Origin: Candidatus Jacksonbacteria bacterium RIFCSPLOWO2_02_FULL_44_20 | GTDB lineage: Bacteria > Patescibacteriota > Patescibacteriia > UBA9629 | Assembly (NCBI GenBank): GCA_001818155.1 | Contig: MHJU01000017.1 | Coordinates: 1-63,475, forward strand | Reading direction: 5' to 3' | DNA: 63,475 nucleotides | Part shown: positions 29,029 to 38,164 of the stretch, in pieces | Layout of the letters: each line of letters starts with the position of its first letter | Numbering within the stretch: position 1 is the first letter of the stretch | The notes under the pieces: generated by a model | Seen by the model: the letters and a program-made list of their open reading frames with translations, nothing else | What the model was told of the DNA's origin: nothing | The model's database searches: none | Translations under genes and position numbers: made by a program

Positions 29029-29082
29029 GGTTTTTAGGATATATCACAATCGGCAGATGAACAAACAAAAATGCCTTAAAAA

Positions 29083-29934
29083 TTAGACAGCGCTTGTGCC
29101 GCTTTGCCGATTATACACCGCCTGAAAATAATAGAACACCCACTGATTTGCCGATTTTCGCCCTTTGAAAAACAGGAGAGGCACGTCTGGAAACTCGGCG
29201 CACAAATCGCCAATAACGCGGGCGATAAAGGCGCCTTGGTAAAACTCGTTTTTTTCGGAAACAAAATCAGTGTACGATCCTTCAAACACAACGACGCGGT
29301 GAGGAAACTTTGCCATCTCCTGCAATTTTGCGCGAAACACATCAAGGTGCCCAAGCTCATGGAGAAAATTCTCGCGCGTCTTTCGTTCAACAATCGCAAC
29401 GATCGCATCGCCAATGCAAAGCGCGTAATCGCCTGATTGAAGCGGCGCGCGTCTTGTCTCTATCGCGCCAAACTGATACGGATACCGCTCGTTTGAGTCA
29501 ATGAGCACTGTGTACTCGGCTCGTTTGGTTTTAGGAATATACGCGCCGCGCCGTTCGGCAATACTGGACGATTGGGTAATCCAAAACACCTGCGTGTAAA
29601 ATGTGCCCGGATATTTTTTATATTCTCTTTGAAGAAAAATAAACCACGAGCGTTTATTTTTTGGACGGTTAAGAATAACCGTAAGCCGTTTTCCGTAACG
29701 GCGAATGGAAAATATGGCGCATTCATCAACTGGTTTGACTTTCGGAACCGTTTTTGATCCAACTATACCCTCAAACTTGCAAAAGACATTTTTTCCAGGG
29801 CCGGGCCATTTCTCCGCTGTACGCAAAAAAACAAAACTCCCGTGCTTTTCCTCAATAAAAAGCGAGAAGGGATATTTTTTATCGTCATTGCTTTTATAAA
29901 TGCGCCAGCGTAAGGGCAAGTTATGGGTAGGCAT
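29083..29934 (-). CDS. ERCC4 (XPF/Mus81-like) nuclease-domain protein with unknown N-terminal domain
   Basis: VLIDSNE ... LQSGDYAL ... VERKTRENF follows the ERCC4 pattern D/E...GDY...ERK. The residue after ERKxxx is N, not the canonical D. Confidence 0.55.
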   Translation of the reverse strand: MPTHNLPLRWRIYKSNDDKKYPFSLFIEEKHGSFVFLRTAEKWPGPGKNVFCKFEGIVGSKTVPKVKPVDECAIFSIRRYGKRLTVILNRPKNKRSWFIFLQREYKKYPGTFYTQVFWITQSSSIAERRGAYIPKTKRAEYTVLIDSNERYPYQFGAIETRRAPLQSGDYALCIGDAIVAIVERKTRENFLHELGHLDVFRAKLQEMAKFPHRVVVFEGSYTDFVSEKNEFYQGAFIARVIGDLCAEFPDVPLLFFKGRKSANQWVFYYFQAVYNRQSGTSAV

Positions 29935-29968
29935 AAAGATAAAAGCGACTGCTTTACTTAACTAAATA

Positions 29969-31540
29969 CTATTCCTTATTTATAACCACCCGCACCTCCA
30001 GAATTCTATCCACCCGAAACACGCGTGTGTCGCGGCGGGTATGGCAGTAGGCTTCAGTGCCGATGTAAGATTTTCCCATGTATTCCATTTCTCCCACAGT
30101 TTTGGGCGTGATAACGCGGCGGGATTTTTCATCCTGCGCTTTGAGGTAGGTTATTTCAAGGTCGCGATTTTCGGCGATGGCGCGTTCAATGAGCTTCACT
30201 TTGTCTTTAAGCGACAATGCTTTTTCAGATTTGGCGTACTGATATTTGGTCAAGAATTTCACCACGCGCCAATCCATCCAGATATGCCCTTTTTTTATCG
30301 GCTTTTTCAAAACCAACCCTTCAAAATTTGTGCACCGCGAAAGCGCCACATAAAGCTGTCCGTGCGCAAATGTGCCGCGTTCAATGTCAACAATCACTTT
30401 CTCAAATGTTTTCCCTTGACTTTTGTGAATGGTGACTGCCCATGCAAGCATCATCGGATATTGCGTGAACGATCCAACCGTATCCGATTCAATCTCCCTC
30501 GTCGCTTGATTGTATCTAAAATTATAGAGATCCCATGTATACGGACTCACCTTCTCAACATCTCCGTCTTGAAGCTGAACTTCTATGCATTCGTTCTCGC
30601 TTTCCGCATCGTATGAGACATTAACGATAACGCCAATCGTGCCGTTTATCCATCGCCCTGCTGAATCGTTGTTCACCATCATCACCTGACTGCCGACTTT
30701 GAGAGATAAGTTTTCCGATGTCGGAAGGTGACTCTTGTCAAACGCGCCTCGCGCTACGCCTTGAAATGTGTACAACTTCCCTTTTAGTTTCGCAAGTTCT
30801 CGCGCGTTTATTGCTTCAGCGCCCGCGTTTGTCGTTGTGAGATATATGTACTGCTCGTGTTTTTGCGGCTCAAATTCCGGGTCATGGCGCTTGTTTAGCG
30901 TGCCGATCTCCTCAACCCCTGCGGTATTATTGCGAATTGCATTCAGAAGCGAGATAAAACGATCGTCAGTTTGGCGGTAAATTTTTTCAAGCTCAATGAT
31001 TTCAGGCTTGAGTTCAGAAAACACGCGCGCGTCAAAAAAATACGGGCTTTTGTAATGCCCGGCAAAAATTTCGCGCTCGCGCGATGTTACCACAGGGGGA
31101 AGTTGATACAAGTCGCCAAACGAGATCAGCTGTACGCCTCCAAACGGCGCGCGCTTTTTGGTCCCGTGCAGGCGTAAAAATATATCAATGCAATCCATCA
31201 AATCCGCGCGCACCATGGACATTTCATCTATCACAAGAGCTTGTAATTTTTTGTACGTCTCGCGATCTTTTGCGTGTACTGCAACATCTTTAACGCTCGC
31301 AGGGGTAATATCCGGCTTGAAACGAAAAAACGAGTGAATGGTTTGCCCCTTCACATTCACCGCCGCGACTCCTGTTGGCGCAAGCACCACAAGCGACTTT
31401 TTCGCGCGCTCCCGAAACACCTGCAAAAGCGTTGACTTTCCTGTTCCCGCTTTGCCAGTAACAAACACGTGCCTGTCGCCTTGCTCCATAAGCGCGAGAG
31501 CCTGCTTAAAATGCGGGTTGAGGTCTATTTTAAAACGCAT
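29969..31540 (-). CDS. Pif1/RecD-like SF1B helicase with C-terminal WYL-like domain
   Basis: Walker A GKAGTGKST. LVIDEMSMV. GDLYQLPPV. TIHKSQG. C-terminal ITYLKAQDEKSRRVITPKTVGEMEYMGKSYIGTEAYCHTRRDTRVFRVDRI. Start set at internal ATG (M10). Confidence 0.75.
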   Translation of the reverse strand: MRFKIDLNPHFKQALALMEQGDRHVFVTGKAGTGKSTLLQVFRERAKKSLVVLAPTGVAAVNVKGQTIHSFFRFKPDITPASVKDVAVHAKDRETYKKLQALVIDEMSMVRADLMDCIDIFLRLHGTKKRAPFGGVQLISFGDLYQLPPVVTSREREIFAGHYKSPYFFDARVFSELKPEIIELEKIYRQTDDRFISLLNAIRNNTAGVEEIGTLNKRHDPEFEPQKHEQYIYLTTTNAGAEAINARELAKLKGKLYTFQGVARGAFDKSHLPTSENLSLKVGSQVMMVNNDSAGRWINGTIGVIVNVSYDAESENECIEVQLQDGDVEKVSPYTWDLYNFRYNQATREIESDTVGSFTQYPMMLAWAVTIHKSQGKTFEKVIVDIERGTFAHGQLYVALSRCTNFEGLVLKKPIKKGHIWMDWRVVKFLTKYQYAKSEKALSLKDKVKLIERAIAENRDLEITYLKAQDEKSRRVITPKTVGEMEYMGKSYIGTEAYCHTRRDTRVFRVDRILEVRVVINKE

Positions 31541-31585
31541 AGTAAAAATATAAATACCCGAAATCAAAAATAAGTGGAATACTGT

Positions 31586-31804
31586 TTACATCACCGCCTC
31601 AAAAACATCCGATGGCTTTTCAAGCGCCTTAAACTCCCACACGCCAAAGTTGCTATTCAAATTCACCGCTCTAACCAACTCTTTTGCGGATGTCCATTTT
31701 GCGCTATCCTGATCTGTTTTCCTGCCCTTAACTTCTAAAATTAAATAACGATTATCCGCAAACTTAATTATGAAATCCGGAAAGATAGTAAATTTCAAAT
31801 TCAA
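31586..31804 (-). pseudogene. Remnant of the PD-(D/E)xK C-terminal module of a restriction/helicase-type gene
   Basis: FPDFIIKF...YLILEVKGRKTDQDSAKW resembles the nuclease C-terminus of type III Res-like proteins. No ATG (TTG only). In frame with, and 9 codons after, the TAG of the 1514-aa gene. Confidence 0.35.
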
Positions 31805-31828
31805 GGTGGTCGTTTTTTGCCCATGATA

Positions 31829-34800
31829 CTAAATAACCGGCTCTATTCCCATATCCTCCAATTTCACCCAAAGCGTCTTTAACCCTTGCTCTTTGTTTTT
31901 ATAAAAAGCACTGCCAGTAATTCGCCAAAACTCCCACCCCGCTCTTCTTAAAACATTTTCCCTCCTTAAGTCAGCCTCCCAATCCGTATGATATTGATCA
32001 CCATCGCACTCTACTGCCAACCGAGTGCTTTCTCCCTGTATAACCAAATCAATACTGTAACCTGCAATCTCAAACTCTGGAATAACTTTATACCCTTTAT
32101 TTAAGATGATATTCCCTACATCAAACGGAAATTCAAACGGTCCGTGTTTTCTTTGTTCAAGAGCTTGTTTTAATGCCTCACGACCCCATTTTATTTCCTC
32201 TTGTTGAGGATTGTAAAACCAATCAAGTATTTTTGCTCGTAAATCATCGGGGTTGGTTAATTCTTTTCGTACAAGAGAATGGAAGAGAATCATTTTGTCT
32301 CTAGCGCGCGACATAGCGACATTTACTCTTTGTTTATATTCTTTTTTATTGATAGTCAATGGCGAAATGCTGTTCTCTGGATTATTTTGATCAGGTGCCT
32401 TAACCATAGAAATGAACATTATATCTCTCTCATCTCCTTGGAACGCATAAGGATTTCCCGCAATAATCTTCCTTTTTTCTATTTCCTCTTCGCTAATTTT
32501 TTGTCTAATTAAATCAGTTATGAATCTACCCTGATCATTTCCTAAAAGCGTTACAACTCCAAAAGTTGTAGGGCGAGTGCCGTCTTTTCCATCAGGTCTC
32601 CCATCATATTGTGAATCATTTATCATCTCAACTAGTTTACTTACAAGCTCTTCTGCTTCTGGTTCATTCACTTCATTATTGATATTCATAAACCCGCTCT
32701 CAACATATATCGCCTCTAACGCAGGAGTTAATTTCCATTTCGATTGAGGATATCTTAACACTTTTAACTGGCCGTCATAGCACAGTTTATTGCTAAAACC
32801 GATAATTTGCTCTACAGATCTAAAATGCTCCAATAACCTTACTCCTTCAGACATCGTTACTTCTGCTACATCAAAGAGGCTTGAGGTTACAGAAAACTGT
32901 TCGCTGTGGGGTATATTTGAGAGATGTTTGGTGATAAGTCCTATAACATCCTCTTGATTGATAAAAGATGTTGGACTTATTTGTTCAGGATCGCCTACAA
33001 CTAAAACTTTTTTCCCTAGATATGCAATATTAACCCCTCGAACATCTACCTGACTCGCCTCATCAAAAATTACAACATCAAACATACCAGCTTTTGGTTC
33101 TGAAAACATATGCAGAACTTTTTCAAGCGGCATAATCCAGATTGGCACCGCATTTTTTGCTTCTTGTTCTTGTAATGCTTCTCGCGCTTTTTTCTCCCAG
33201 TAAGGCCAATATTTACCAGTTCTTTTTCCTATTTTTTTATCGCATTTTGCGTATGCCGCTAAAGCTTTGCGTTGGGATGGCGTAACCTTCTCTTTCTGTT
33301 TTTTCCACGCTGTTGTTGCGATCAGTTCTGCTTCCTGATTTTTTTCTTGATTTTCTGTACGATCCAGTTCTTTTTGAAGTTCTGTTACGCTTTTATCTGA
33401 ATGGATCTCTTCAAGCCAAGACGATATTCGCGCAAGCCCCCAAGCTGTTGCAAGGTTTCCTTGTATTTTATATTTTCCATACTCATCTATTATACTTTCT
33501 TGTATTTCATTGAACAATTTTGGAGCCAAGCGAGATATTTTTTCTTTTAGCTCGCGCAGTTTTTCGGAGTCCCTCTTCTTTTGGTGGAGTTCTGAAAGTT
33601 GTTCATAAAGTTCGCTTAGTTTTTTTTCATTGCGATTATCTATAGCTAAAGATATATCCGCGGCTATCTGATGTTTATTTTTCGCTTTTAGTTCATCCTT
33701 CCAGTTGGTAAAAATATGTTTATACTTGTCTAAATCAAAACTTGCCAATAATGATGTCAAAATAGCAATAAATTTTTCAACCGATTCTTTGTCGGTATAG
33801 GTAAAATTAGAAAAAATTTGATTTTGCTCTATAAATTCTCTTATATCACTGAAGATTTCTTCATAACGCAATATCCTTTCCATATTTTTCAAACGGTCAT
33901 CAAACTTATAAAGCACAAAAGGTTCTTCCAGTTCCTCAAAATCAGAAATATCAGATTGCTTAAATGCCTGATCCCATAAAATTTTGACCTCTATAACTAA
34001 CTGCTCAAGTGTGAGTTTTTTCTTGAGAAGTAAAATAGCTTCTTTTTTTCCAATATCTGAGGAATGAAAAGTAAAATTTTGTAAAATATCTTTTGCGTTT
34101 TTTGACAAGCCAATTTTTTGCAGGAAACCTAAAGACGATCGGTTCCCTGTCTTCTTTTCAATCTCATTAACCGCTTCTAATAAACTTTTAACTGGAAGAT
34201 TAGTATTGTACAAAATATTATGACCTAATAAATTAGCTTGCAGTTGGCGCATTTGAGCGCCTTTTTCTTTTAACCTTTCAAAAATTCCATTCTGCCATTT
34301 TTCTTTTTCCTCGCTATTGTTCAAAATCAACGCAAATAATCTGTCTTCCCATTTTTTATCCATTGCATTTAAAGCGGCATGCGCCGATCCCGCTCTTTGC
34401 AGTATCTGTCTGATCCTTTCTTCTTCAAAAATAGGTGCGCTGTTGAATTTCTTTTGCGCAAGATATTTTTCATAGCGTTTATTGAGAACAAGAGCTTCTT
34501 CATAGTGCTCAAAAAATTTCTTTACATCTTCTATTTTAGGGAGCCGTCCAATTTCCGGCATCCATTGTTCAAAATAACCGCGTTCTTCTTTGGTAAGTCG
34601 CGCAAGCAGATTCACTGTGTTTGTAATATCTTCTTCAGTAAAATCTAATTTTGCATCTTTTGTAATTTTGTCTTTTAACCACATTTTACCGCTTGCGCTT
34701 CCATCCGCCAATTCTTTAGCTCCTTGTGTTGGGGTAAGACACCTGTCTTCAATGAGAAATTTTTCTTCAATATCAAGGAGAACCCACTTTTTTATTCTTG

Positions 34801-36373
34801 ATAACAAGGCCGCCTTTTCTTTGCGTATTTCCTTCAACTGCGCTCTTATTTCTTCAATTTTTTTATCCGTAAATTTCGTAGTATCGTCCAAATTAGCGTT
34901 AATAGTTTTGACTGACATCTGTAGATCATCATGCCGTGAATTACTCTCAACCTGCGATACGATTAAATCTTTAATTTTCTCGGGGATTTTATCTTTTAGC
35001 ACTTCCAGTGCTTTCCCTGTTTGAGATGTTACCAATACGGATTTGCCTTGAGCTAAAAAACGCGAAAGAAGGTTTGCAATGGTATGGCTTTTACCAGTTC
35101 CGGGAGGGCCTTGTACTACAACGCCGTATCTTGCCTCAATTTTATTTACAATTTTTTTTTGGTCATCGTTCCATGTCAATGGAAAATATAGCTCCCCATC
35201 CGCAATAGAAACACTCTCTTCTCCCGCATGGTTTTCTGCGAGCGCAATTTCACCGCCGGCAAGTTCTGTGATAAAAGGGGGCAACTCATTAGCTTTCTCA
35301 ATATCTTGCTGAATTTTCTTTGCGTATTTTGCCCAATCAATATTGGATTTTTTACGCAATAGAATTGTGGGAAAGTGCCAATAGGTAGGCACTTCGCTCA
35401 TTTCAGGTTCAGGAATTTCTTCGGAAAAATTTTCTATTCCATTTGGTGAAAGGTATCCGACAATTTCACTACCTTTTAATTTAAGCGCCTGCTCACTCCA
35501 AACATCGTACCCATCAGAATTTAAAATTTTTGATTGTTCATGAATATCAAGGATATTTGGTATATCCAAACCATCTAAAAAAGAGGTTTCAAAGGCCGTT
35601 TTTAGCGAGTTATCTTTTCTGACCTCAATTTTTTTCTCTTCAGGAAAAAATTCTAAAGTAATAGGGGTAACAAAAAATGGGTGAAAAATCTTTTCGTTTT
35701 CTGTCTTCCATGTAAGTAAGTCATGAGTCCATAACAAATCAAAATTTTCCTGTTCTGTTTTTAGAAATGTTCTTAATCCGTATAAATCATCATAAACTTG
35801 ATTTGCCCTAAAAGTTGGCTCATTTTTTTGTCTCCATTCTTCCCATGATCCAGCTATGTAATTGTCGTACAACTCTTTAAGTTCTGGGAAATCTGTAAAG
35901 AAAAATTCTATATCCCTTTCATGTATTTTGCTCCAGTTTCCTTTTTCATCCTTTGTAATCCAACTATGTAGCATCTTTGGAATATCTTGCTTTTCCGCTT
36001 TTTGAAAATTTTCAAACGCCTTAACCCTCATGTTATCATCCGAAAATTGAATTTTTCTGAATATGGATTCTTTATATTTTGGTTGAGAAAATTCATGACT
36101 ATCAAGCACAACCCATTCCATTAGTTCTAGGGGAAGATTAGGCAAAGGTTCTAATTCATGCTTTTTTACAGAGAGAAAGAGATAATCATCTTGGTTTGAT
36201 TCATGAAAATTTTTAACGAAAAGATTGTCGCTTTGCGGGAAACTCCTAATTTGGCGCATCCATTCCTGTTCTGCCAAATTTCGAAAATCCCTTCTAGTAT
36301 CAATGTTAAGAGAGAATAACTCTTCAAGGTATTTGAAGATATTTATTGCGTTAGTTTTGATTTTTTCAAGCAT
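31829..36373 (-). CDS. 1514-aa SF1 (Upf1/DNA2-like) helicase fused to a C-terminal DUF559/Vsr-like endonuclease; candidate defence protein
   Basis: VVQGPPGTGKSH, VIFDEASQV, VGDPEQISP and VNVAMSRARDKM. C-terminus IDLVIQGESTRLAVECDGDQYH...RAGWEFWRI. The gene is visibly AT-rich relative to its neighbours. Confidence 0.8.
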   Translation of the reverse strand: MLEKIKTNAINIFKYLEELFSLNIDTRRDFRNLAEQEWMRQIRSFPQSDNLFVKNFHESNQDDYLFLSVKKHELEPLPNLPLELMEWVVLDSHEFSQPKYKESIFRKIQFSDDNMRVKAFENFQKAEKQDIPKMLHSWITKDEKGNWSKIHERDIEFFFTDFPELKELYDNYIAGSWEEWRQKNEPTFRANQVYDDLYGLRTFLKTEQENFDLLWTHDLLTWKTENEKIFHPFFVTPITLEFFPEEKKIEVRKDNSLKTAFETSFLDGLDIPNILDIHEQSKILNSDGYDVWSEQALKLKGSEIVGYLSPNGIENFSEEIPEPEMSEVPTYWHFPTILLRKKSNIDWAKYAKKIQQDIEKANELPPFITELAGGEIALAENHAGEESVSIADGELYFPLTWNDDQKKIVNKIEARYGVVVQGPPGTGKSHTIANLLSRFLAQGKSVLVTSQTGKALEVLKDKIPEKIKDLIVSQVESNSRHDDLQMSVKTINANLDDTTKFTDKKIEEIRAQLKEIRKEKAALLSRIKKWVLLDIEEKFLIEDRCLTPTQGAKELADGSASGKMWLKDKITKDAKLDFTEEDITNTVNLLARLTKEERGYFEQWMPEIGRLPKIEDVKKFFEHYEEALVLNKRYEKYLAQKKFNSAPIFEEERIRQILQRAGSAHAALNAMDKKWEDRLFALILNNSEEKEKWQNGIFERLKEKGAQMRQLQANLLGHNILYNTNLPVKSLLEAVNEIEKKTGNRSSLGFLQKIGLSKNAKDILQNFTFHSSDIGKKEAILLLKKKLTLEQLVIEVKILWDQAFKQSDISDFEELEEPFVLYKFDDRLKNMERILRYEEIFSDIREFIEQNQIFSNFTYTDKESVEKFIAILTSLLASFDLDKYKHIFTNWKDELKAKNKHQIAADISLAIDNRNEKKLSELYEQLSELHQKKRDSEKLRELKEKISRLAPKLFNEIQESIIDEYGKYKIQGNLATAWGLARISSWLEEIHSDKSVTELQKELDRTENQEKNQEAELIATTAWKKQKEKVTPSQRKALAAYAKCDKKIGKRTGKYWPYWEKKAREALQEQEAKNAVPIWIMPLEKVLHMFSEPKAGMFDVVIFDEASQVDVRGVNIAYLGKKVLVVGDPEQISPTSFINQEDVIGLITKHLSNIPHSEQFSVTSSLFDVAEVTMSEGVRLLEHFRSVEQIIGFSNKLCYDGQLKVLRYPQSKWKLTPALEAIYVESGFMNINNEVNEPEAEELVSKLVEMINDSQYDGRPDGKDGTRPTTFGVVTLLGNDQGRFITDLIRQKISEEEIEKRKIIAGNPYAFQGDERDIMFISMVKAPDQNNPENSISPLTINKKEYKQRVNVAMSRARDKMILFHSLVRKELTNPDDLRAKILDWFYNPQQEEIKWGREALKQALEQRKHGPFEFPFDVGNIILNKGYKVIPEFEIAGYSIDLVIQGESTRLAVECDGDQYHTDWEADLRRENVLRRAGWEFWRITGSAFYKNKEQGLKTLWVKLEDMGIEPVI

Positions 36374-36473
36374 ATGATCAATTTTAGTTTACGCTTTGCC
36401 CCGCTTCCTGCCCGCGTGCGAATACGCCTCAATGGATATTCTTTTATTTTTTGATGTTCTTCGTTGCATAAAA

Positions 36474-36761
36474 TTAGGCAAGCGGAAATCCGCCTGAAAT
36501 TTTATCAAGCATTTTTATAGTAAGGTCTACTGAAGGATTTTTTGTATTCCGAAAAAAAACTCGTTTTCCAAACTCTTTTACGATCGGCGTTAGAAACTCG
36601 TCGCCCCATGAAGGGGTAAAGGTGGTAACGCCTGTAAAATCTATTTCTACAGATTCTTGAGGCGCTAAAGCTCGAAGAGTTGGCAGATACGCCAAGTACG
36701 CTTCCCTGCCGTCCTGGCGCGATACAAGCAACGTGCCAAATTTTTTTATTTCTATGCGCAT
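36474..36761 (-). CDS. STAS-like (DUF4325-type) small protein
   Basis: 95 aa. VEIDFTGVTTFTPSWGDEFL is the pattern of STAS-like anti-anti-sigma-type domains. Confidence 0.55.
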   Translation of the reverse strand: MRIEIKKFGTLLVSRQDGREAYLAYLPTLRALAPQESVEIDFTGVTTFTPSWGDEFLTPIVKEFGKRVFFRNTKNPSVDLTIKMLDKISGGFPLA

Positions 36762-36765
36762 ATGT

Positions 36766-37173
36766 TTAAAATGAAATCATCGCAATACATCCGCGCAAGT
36801 ATGTGCGCGCGCTTGAGATACGCATAACCGGATCATTTTTTTCTAGCTTAAGAACCGCGCCGCCTGTTTGAAAAAAAAGTTTCAACGGATACTGAACCAC
36901 TGTCTCTCGCACAAATTTTAATCCGTTTCCCCGCGCTTCCGGCGCGCGGCCGGAAATAACTTCTGTAAACGCTATACGGAGCGCTTCTTTATCATCGCGT
37001 ATACCATTCATAACATTTCGCAATGTTTGCAAAATTCCACGGCCGCGATCCGCAAGCGCAATAATTCTTTGATCCAAGCGATAGCCAAAAAAAATACCAA
37101 GAATATCAGGCCAATTTCCAAGATTGTGATCAAAAGAGTTATTGCCTATTTCTCCTGCAACGGCAATGATCAA
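36766..37173 (-). CDS. GHKL (histidine-kinase-like) ATPase-fold protein, possibly 5'-truncated
   Basis: N-box-like EIGNNSFDH at residues 8-16. DRGRGI. GNGLKF. TTG start only. The reading frame is open upstream into the 3' end of the ABC ATPase gene, without any ATG. Confidence 0.5.
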   Translation of the reverse strand: MIIAVAGEIGNNSFDHNLGNWPDILGIFFGYRLDQRIIALADRGRGILQTLRNVMNGIRDDKEALRIAFTEVISGRAPEARGNGLKFVRETVVQYPLKLFFQTGGAVLKLEKNDPVMRISSARTYLRGCIAMISF

Positions 37174-37219
37174 GGGAAAATAATCCTGCGCGCCCTGTAA
37201 AACTATGCAAATACTATAT

Positions 37220-38143
37220 TTACCCCTTCGCCAACTTCAAAAACACCTCTTCCAAATCCGGTTTGTTAATGTCTAAATCATAAATGCCGAAATTTTCGCG
37301 GGAGATTGCCTGCATGGTTTCTCCCAAGTCGTCCGCGCTGGTTTTGATGTGCAAGTGCCCTGCGCTTTCAATTTCAAACTGCCATCCGCGCGTGTTTATA
37401 AATTCAACAAACGCGCTCTCTTTCCCGCTCGCAAAGGCTACTTCTACATAATAATCCCGCGCCGCGCGTTTCAATTCTTCCGGAGCGCCTTCTGCCACAA
37501 TCTTCCCTTTTTGCAAAAAAATCACGCGATCGCACATCTCCTCAACCTCCGACATATTGTGAGACGTGTATAAAAAAGAAACCCCGCGCTCACGGTGAAT
37601 ACGCCGCAAAATATCGCGTACCTTAAAAGCGATGTCCGGGTCCAAGCTTGCGGTCGGTTCGTCCAGAAGCAAAAATTCCGGATCGTTCAGAAATGTTTTT
37701 GCAAGAATCACGCGCGTTTTCTGGCCGCTTGAAAGTTTGTAAAACAAGGTATGCAAAAGATCAGAAATTTCAAGTTCATCCGCAACAGCGGCGATTTTTT
37801 TCCCGAGTCTACGGACGTTATACAATTTCCCGAAGAAATATAAGTTCTCGCGCACTGTGAGACGAGACATAAATTGAATATATGTTGAGGAATAATTGAT
37901 GCGCGAAAGAATTTCCCCGCGGTTCTTTACAAGGTCTTTCCCAAACACACTGATCTCCCCTTCTGTCGGAGAAATCAATCCTAAAATCATCTCAATCGTG
38001 GTTGATTTTCCCGCGCCGTTTGGGCCCAAAAGCCCGAGTATCTCGCCTTTTTTAATATCAAAACTGATGTCGGAAACAGCTGTTTTATCCTTAAATCGTT
38101 TGGTAAGGTTGCGAACAGTGAGAATCATAAAAGAATATGCCAC
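37220..38143 (-). CDS. ABC transporter ATP-binding protein (ABC-2 / DrrA-NatA-like subfamily)
   Basis: Walker A GPNGAGKSTT. Signature LSSGQKTRV. Walker B LLLDEPT. Confidence 0.85.
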   Translation of the reverse strand: MAYSFMILTVRNLTKRFKDKTAVSDISFDIKKGEILGLLGPNGAGKSTTIEMILGLISPTEGEISVFGKDLVKNRGEILSRINYSSTYIQFMSRLTVRENLYFFGKLYNVRRLGKKIAAVADELEISDLLHTLFYKLSSGQKTRVILAKTFLNDPEFLLLDEPTASLDPDIAFKVRDILRRIHRERGVSFLYTSHNMSEVEEMCDRVIFLQKGKIVAEGAPEELKRAARDYYVEVAFASGKESAFVEFINTRGWQFEIESAGHLHIKTSADDLGETMQAISRENFGIYDLDINKPDLEEVFLKLAKG

Positions 38144-38164
38144 TTCAATATATCATAACTCCAA

